From a virus (lineage: Duplodnaviria; Heunggongvirae; Uroviricota; Caudoviricetes), in IMG/VR virus record IMGVR_UViG_2585427747_000005: a stretch of 11,454 nt of DNA. One strand, 5' to 3'. The notes beneath the pieces are model-generated. The model was not told the origin of the DNA. It saw only the letters and a program-made list of their open reading frames with translations, and did no database searches. The first letter of the stretch is position 1, and each line of letters opens with the position of its first letter. This document shows, piece by piece, positions 7,326 through 11,454 of the stretch. Made by a program: the position numbers and the translations under genes.

Positions 7326-7441
7326 GTGATTTTATCGTCATCATCATCATGAGCGTAATTTATTGTTTTTAATTGTTTTGATGCAAAAAAGATGATGGTT
7401 ATGGTTAATTTTTGTTCGACATCTTTGCAGGCAGATAAAAA

Positions 7442-7478
7442 AGCCCGATAAGGTCAGAGGTGGCTTATCGGGCTTTTG
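7442..7478. terminator. 11-bp-stem hairpin flanked by A and T runs (possible bidirectional terminator)
   Basis: AGCCCGATAAG-gtcagaggtgg-CTTATCGGGCT then TTTT; A-run upstream. Confidence 0.4.
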
Positions 7479-7554
7479 CATATGAGGCTTTTTGGTGCAC
7501 TGACACACATGATCGGGATAATCATTTCATAATTTGCAACACAACTCAATATCA

Positions 7555-7603
7555 TTGCACAAAATGCAATCATGATTATAATCAGAGCTGGATGAACATC
7601 CAG
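7555..7603 (+). promoter_or_regulatory. Sigma70-like promoter for the head module, with overlapping palindromes
   Basis: -35 TTGCAC (7555-7560), 16-nt spacer, -10 TATAAT (7577-7582); ATTGCA-N5-TGCAAT (7554-7570) overlaps the -35; CTGGATG-aa-CATCCAG (7588-7603) sits at the predicted transcription start. Confidence 0.4.
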
Positions 7604-7638
7604 TTATGATTTTTTAAGTCGAAGAGGAATTTCTTACT

Positions 7639-7845
7639 ATGGCTGAAGAGAAAAAAGGCGGTGTTTCGGTGTACATAAGCCCCGAAATCGTGGAGGTGCT
7701 CAAGCAGCGCCACAAAAAAAACTATGAGGCTGGCGTGGCGGCTGGACTGGATCCGCTGATGACGCCGGAGCCGTCGATAGGTTCACTTGTACGCTCTTAT
7801 TTACTTGCGGCGCTTGGGATGCATAAAAATTATGGGGGTGAATAA
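7639..7845 (+). CDS. Hypothetical small protein upstream of the capsid gene
   Basis: 68-aa ORF; stop overlaps the capsid start (TAATG); possible strand-helix start (VSVYISPEIVEVLKQ). Confidence 0.5.
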   Translation: MAEEKKGGVSVYISPEIVEVLKQRHKKNYEAGVAAGLDPLMTPEPSIGSLVRSYLLAALGMHKNYGGE

Positions 7846-8900
7846 TGGCAGGCAAAGCAACGGCACTTAACACTCACCAGCTTTTTGCGTACCTGAATCG
7901 CGGGGATATTGCGGAATTTAAATTTAGTCCGCTGTTTACCACGCTGTTTTTCCCGAAAGTAGCGACATTCAACACCCAAAACATCATGCTGGATAACCTG
8001 GACACCGAAGAAGTCACTATGTCAGCGTTTTGCTCGCCTATGGTTGGTAGCCAGGTACAGCGCGATAAAGGGTACGAAACCAGCACGATTAAACCTGGCT
8101 ACATGAAGCCAAAGCACGAAATCGATCCAACAAAAACCATCATGCGCATGGCTGGAGAAGATCCGGCACAGCTTAACGACCCAACCTATCGCCGTATGCG
8201 CCTGATTACTGGCAACATGCGCCGCCAGGTAAACGCTATTAAAGCGCGTGTTGAATGGCTGGCGGTAAATGCGGTAACGACCGGAAAAAACATCATTGAG
8301 GGCGAAGGCATAGAACGCTATGAAATCGACTGGAAGATGCCGGAAAACAACATCATAGAGCAGGCCAAAGGCCGTAAATGGTCCGAGCAGGACAAAGAAA
8401 CCCACGATCCAATCTATGATATCGAGCTTTATGCGGATCAGGGCAATTGCCCCGCAAACGTCATGATTATGGGCGCTGAGGTATGGCGCACGTTACGCAG
8501 CTTTAAAAAATTCCGCGAACTGTACGATCTTTCCCGTGGTTCAGAATCCGCCGCAGAACTGGCCTGTAAAAACCTGGGCGAAGTGGTGAGCTTTAAAGGC
8601 TATCTGGGCGATATTGCCCTTATCGTCTATTCCGGCAAATACGCCGACAGCGACGGCACCGAAAAACATTTCCTTGAGCCTGATTTGCTGGTCTTGGGCA
8701 ACACCAACAATAAAGGGCTGGTTGCTTATGGTGCGATTATGGATCAGGAAGCGGTAAGAACGGGCGCAACGCAAAACATGTACTACCCGAAAAACTGGAT
8801 TGAGGACGGCGATCCGGCGATTGAGTACGTGCAGACGCACAGCGCACCGCAGCCGGTGCCGGCAGACATTCGCAAATTTGTTACCGTCAAAATTGGTTAA
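7845..8900 (+). CDS. Major capsid protein, lambda gpE family
   Basis: 351 aa; FKFSPLF..LFF, PGYMKPKHE, EDPAQLNDPTYRRMR, YPKNWIEDGDPAIEY..SAP match remembered lambda gpE segments (FKFDPLF..LFF, PGYVKPKHE, EDPQNLADPAYRRRR, YPKNWVTTGDPAREF..SAP). Confidence 0.9.
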   Translation: MAGKATALNTHQLFAYLNRGDIAEFKFSPLFTTLFFPKVATFNTQNIMLDNLDTEEVTMSAFCSPMVGSQVQRDKGYETSTIKPGYMKPKHEIDPTKTIMRMAGEDPAQLNDPTYRRMRLITGNMRRQVNAIKARVEWLAVNAVTTGKNIIEGEGIERYEIDWKMPENNIIEQAKGRKWSEQDKETHDPIYDIELYADQGNCPANVMIMGAEVWRTLRSFKKFRELYDLSRGSESAAELACKNLGEVVSFKGYLGDIALIVYSGKYADSDGTEKHFLEPDLLVLGNTNNKGLVAYGAIMDQEAVRTGATQNMYYPKNWIEDGDPAIEYVQTHSAPQPVPADIRKFVTVKIG

Positions 8901-8911
8901 CGGGGGATTCT

Positions 8912-9247
8912 ATGAACACTCCATACATTGAGTTATTTGCAGGCAGTCAGCAGGTATCCACGACGCTGGTACATTTTGCCGCTGATGCTGGCGTCATTCA
9001 GGAATTTACCCCGCTGATGCTGGCGGACAATGGCGAGTTTAAGCCGTGGGATGGTCAGGCGTCCGGAAAGGCTGTTTATCTGACTTCGTACCCCGTGGAC
9101 ACGTCAAAGCAGAAATCAGCACAGTGCTACAAGACGGGGATCTTTAATATCGCCGCCGTGAACTGGCCCGAGAGCGTCGACACCGATGCGAAAAAATGCG
9201 CCGCCTTTGCGGGTTCTGGCGTATCCGTTCAGCCGCTGGCCCGATAA
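8912..9247 (+). CDS. Head decoration protein, lambda gpD family
   Basis: 111 aa; TPLMLADNG..WDGQASGKAV...YKTGIFN..WPE...KKCAAFAGSGVSV parallels lambda gpD TPLMLDTSS..WDGTTDGAAV...YKSGTFR..WPE...KKRTAFAGTAISIV. Confidence 0.85.
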   Translation: MNTPYIELFAGSQQVSTTLVHFAADAGVIQEFTPLMLADNGEFKPWDGQASGKAVYLTSYPVDTSKQKSAQCYKTGIFNIAAVNWPESVDTDAKKCAAFAGSGVSVQPLAR

Positions 9248-9259
9248 GCAGGGGGAACG

Positions 9260-9673
9260 ATGGCAACGAATGAAAGCATCATGACGCTACCGCTGGCGAG
9301 TAAATTTAAAGCCGAAGCGCGGGCAATGGCTGACAGAGGTTTATCAACCTACGAGGCCGTATATCAACTCAACAAACTGGAAGAGCAGGACAAGCCGCGC
9401 GCTGATGCGATTATGGCGCTTCATGAGCATAACGACTATCAGCCGCTGTTACGTGCAATGGCAAACGTGCCTTGTATCGATGTTGGTACGGCTAAAAGCA
9501 TCCTTAGCATGACCATAGAGCAGGAACGCCAGAAGGTTGCGCCGGAGCTTACCGCAGCCTTTGAAAACTTTATGGACATGCACAGCCCGCAAGCCGTTTC
9601 AGCTGGCATGGCATACGACGGCAGAAACCCGGGCGATGATGGCGACATCGAGCGCATACTGAAAACCATCTGA
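9260..9673 (+). CDS. Hypothetical protein, last gene of the head-module operon
   Basis: 137-aa ORF with an AGGGGG Shine-Dalgarno; acidic and helical-looking; no confident homolog recognised. Confidence 0.55.
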   Translation: MATNESIMTLPLASKFKAEARAMADRGLSTYEAVYQLNKLEEQDKPRADAIMALHEHNDYQPLLRAMANVPCIDVGTAKSILSMTIEQERQKVAPELTAAFENFMDMHSPQAVSAGMAYDGRNPGDDGDIERILKTI

Positions 9674-9679
9674 GACAAG

Positions 9680-9702
9680 GCCGGAGAAATCCGGCTTTTT
9701 TT
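9680..9702 (+). terminator. Rho-independent terminator
   Basis: GCCGGA-gaaa-TCCGGC followed by 7 T; near-identical to the hairpin at 7240-7255. Confidence 0.7.
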
Positions 9703-9770
9703 ACGGGTCCTTTCCGGCATATGGACCCGTTACGGGGCGGCGACCTCGCGGGTTTTCGCTATTTATGACG
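9703..9770 (+). other. cos: Lambda-type cos site (cosQ-like segment plus cosN GGGCGGCGACCT at 9735-9746)
   Basis: ACGGGTCCTTTCCGG...CCGTTACG|GGGCGGCGACCT|CGCGGGTTTTCGCTATTTATGA matches remembered lambda cos flanks, diverging only in the cosQ-cosN spacer. Confidence 0.8.
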
Positions 9771-9835
9771 TTTTTCCGTGAAGGTGACACCACCACCACT
9801 TGATTAATATTTAACCATGCAGTTAAGGTAACATT

Positions 9836-10276
9836 ATGATTGATAAAGCTTGTTTTGTAAGTCAGCAGGAAATAGCTGAACATTTCAAGGTTAACAGAAC
9901 CACTATTCGCGCATGGACCAAACAGGGGATGCCGTATCTTAATGCGGATCGCGGAAAGTCTGGCGGTTATCACATCGGGCATACATTGCTTTGGTCTTCA
10001 GGTAAAAGCCGTCTTGAGGCCATCAGATATCACGTAGAAACCAGTGCGCTGGAAAAAATTATGTTTGCCAGGCTGCTTTCATCTGAGCGTGACGAGTACT
10101 CCAGTGAAGAAACAGAACATAGATTTGATGAAGGTTTACAGATTTACGGCTACTCACCGGAAGAAGTGAGCAAAGCGCGAAATAAAATGGCCGGCTTTCT
10201 GGCTGGGTGGCGTCATGCCGTAAGCGTTCGCCGTGCCAGCATGGAACAATCAGTCGTTACAGAACAGCAAAGTTAA
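9836..10276 (+). CDS. Terminase small subunit homolog (lambda Nu1-like wHTH); Rpp-like packaging-redirection candidate
   Basis: 146 aa; VSQQEIAEHFKVNRTTIRAWTKQGMPYL parallels lambda Nu1 KKQLADIFGASIRTIQNWQEQGMPVL; no large terminase gene in the window. Confidence 0.8.
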   Translation: MIDKACFVSQQEIAEHFKVNRTTIRAWTKQGMPYLNADRGKSGGYHIGHTLLWSSGKSRLEAIRYHVETSALEKIMFARLLSSERDEYSSEETEHRFDEGLQIYGYSPEEVSKARNKMAGFLAGWRHAVSVRRASMEQSVVTEQQS

Positions 10277-10306
10277 AAATCACTTTCTGTTACGCCATCA
10301 AATACG

Positions 10307-10460
10307 CAATACAACAACCACGTATTTTTTTAAAACTATTTGATTCAATTAGCATTTTTTTATTTTTAGCATCAAAAAAACACTATCAGGTTGTTGTATT
10401 GCTCTTTATTTTTACTTAGTTATCAAATGGATATGACAAACAATTAAACAACAACCTCCC
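10307..10460. repeat. cosB-like array: three ACAACAACC/GGTTGTTGT sites in an AT-rich segment
   Basis: CAATACAACAACC (10307-10319) and its exact inverted copy GGTTGTTGTATTG (10391-10403); third ACAACAACC at 10449-10457; lies between the terS-like stop and the inverted cosN. Confidence 0.45.
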
Positions 10461-10469
10461 TCTAAAAAA

Positions 10470-10537
10470 GCTCATAAATAGCGAAAAACCGCGAGGTCGC
10501 CGCCCCGTAACGGGCCATAATTCCAGGAAGGACCCGA
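10470..10537 (-). other. cos: Second cos copy in inverted orientation (cosN GGGCGGCGACCT on the minus strand, 10494-10505)
   Basis: Reverse complement reads CGGGTCCTTCCTGG...CCGTTACG|GGGCGGCGACCT|CGCGGTTTTTCGCTATTTATGAG, an imperfect inverted repeat of 9703-9770. Confidence 0.7.
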
Positions 10538-10569
10538 CGACACCAGACTATCAGAGCGATGGGGGCACA

Positions 10570-10851
10570 ATGACAGAAGCCGAACTACTGGGATTAATCC
10601 GCCGCGTTACCGGAATCAGCCAGCAGCATGACGAACAGGCCACGCAGCCGGACAGCGTGACCGCCGAAAATTACGCGCGTGTGGTTGCTGAGGTGATGCG
10701 CCGTGATGGTATCCAGCTTAATGATGTGGATATGCGCAACATACGGATCCGCGTTCTTGAAATGCTGGCCTACAATCGCCGCGTGGCACTGTATCGGGAA
10801 ACGGAGAAAATTACGTACCACTGGAAGAAGCCGGAGCGGTTACGGCGTTAA
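10570..10851 (+). CDS. Hypothetical protein
   Basis: 93-aa ORF, G-rich Shine-Dalgarno; no recognisable motif. Confidence 0.5.
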   Translation: MTEAELLGLIRRVTGISQQHDEQATQPDSVTAENYARVVAEVMRRDGIQLNDVDMRNIRIRVLEMLAYNRRVALYRETEKITYHWKKPERLRR

Positions 10852-10867
10852 CGAGTAGCGACATACC

Positions 10868-10902
10868 GTGACGGAGAGTGACAACCAGTGACACGCCGTG
10901 AC
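10868..10902. repeat. Four GTGAC motifs at exact 10-bp spacing
   Basis: GTGAC at 10868, 10878, 10888 and 10898 (cGTGACg, aGTGACa, aGTGACa, cGTGACa). Confidence 0.5.
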
Positions 10903-11221
10903 AAAAGACGGTTTAACCGTTAATTAAAAATTGACGGGATTTTATGCTTTCCGGACGACGTGACCAACGTCATTTTTTAGCGAAAAGTTCTGATTAAGGT
11001 CATTGTCTGAATGGTCATAATGACCACTCCTACAAAACAGGTAAAGCCCACCAGCCTGATTAACAGTTAACCGGAAAAAAAATCCGGTAGCCCCGTTATG
11101 GGGATCCCCATATCAACATTAACGCCCCTCATGAATTAGCGCGCTTCCCCCTGGAAAGATGACCCGCCTGTATATTTCTTGTGTCTATTTGTTCCACGTT
11201 GTTTCATACAGTGCACCGAAC

Positions 11222-11243
11222 GGTGTAGTCACTGGTGTAGTCA
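11222..11243. repeat. Tandem 10-bp direct repeat GGTGTAGTCA x2 near the right junction
   Basis: GGTGTAGTCA at 11222-11231 and 11234-11243; adjacent palindromes CACCG-aa-CGGTG (11213-11224) and TGGGGATCCCCA (11099-11110). Confidence 0.4.
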
Positions 11244-11307
11244 TTTTGCGATTTATGGCACTTTTTGTAGTGCAAATCATTTAATTAAATCAATGCGTTA
11301 AGTGAAA

Positions 11308-11454
11308 TTAGTTATATATAACAGCAATAAATAATGCGAGAATAAACGGCACGATGATCTCGGCGGCAAAACGGATACCGCAGAGAATAATGACCAGCAT
11401 TCCCAACATAATGACGATTTTTAGGCCATTGAGCGTGATGATCGGCTTTGCCAT
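11308..11454 (-). pseudogene. tqsA: 5' fragment of an AI-2E family transporter gene (tqsA/ydgG-like), interrupted after about 46 codons
   Basis: Minus-strand translation [45 protein letters not shown] matches my recollection of the E. coli TqsA N-terminus, then diverges (IYN, stop at 11308-11310). Confidence 0.55.

Larger units (their letters stand above)
1..11310. mobile_element. Integrative phage satellite-like island (P4/PICI type); left boundary lies outside the window
   Basis: Gene content int, alpA, replication NTPase plus iteron ori, cos, small terminase and capsid homologs, with no portal, large terminase, tail or lysis genes; right edge at about 11310 where a host tqsA-like reading frame breaks. 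Confidence 0.7.

Noticed and set aside
8022-8840. Minus-strand ORFs of 127 and 99 aa inside the capsid gene
   Set aside because: Antisense to the strongly supported gpE-like coding sequence; no independent signals.
10207-10419. 70-aa plus-strand ORF
   Set aside because: Overlaps the terS-like gene's 3' end and the AT-rich cosB-like repeats; hydrophobic low-complexity translation driven by T-runs.
1-11454. tRNA or tmRNA gene as integration target, IS element or transposase, or a multi-gene defence system
   Set aside because: No cloverleaf-like tRNA segment, no transposase-like ORF or terminal inverted repeats, and no large accessory ORFs were found; the only host sequence seen is the tqsA-like 5' fragment.

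Overview
Almost the whole window (1 to about 11310) reads as one integrative phage-satellite-like island of the P4/PICI type in an enterobacterial background, with about 50% GC and a host tqsA-like gene 5' end at the right edge. Left to right: a P4/CP4-57-type tyrosine integrase, an AlpA-family regulator, a divergent switch region (small RHH-like gene plus basic ORF leftward; three palindromic operators; tandem Icd/Kil-like genes rightward), five translationally coupled small ORFs of unknown function, a P4-alpha-family replication NTPase, an iteron origin, and an SSB-like gene. This is followed by a partial lambda-type head module (gpE-like major capsid protein and gpD-like decoration protein, with no portal, protease or large terminase in the window), a lambda-like cosQ/cosN site directly upstream of a Nu1-like small terminase, a second inverted cos copy with its own cosB-like repeats, and a repeat-rich arm. 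The most interesting points are the satellite-encoded capsid and decoration homologs, the two inverted cos sites flanking the small-terminase gene, and a possible P4-CI-RNA-like repeat system. All homology calls are from reading the translations by eye against remembered sequences; no searches were run.
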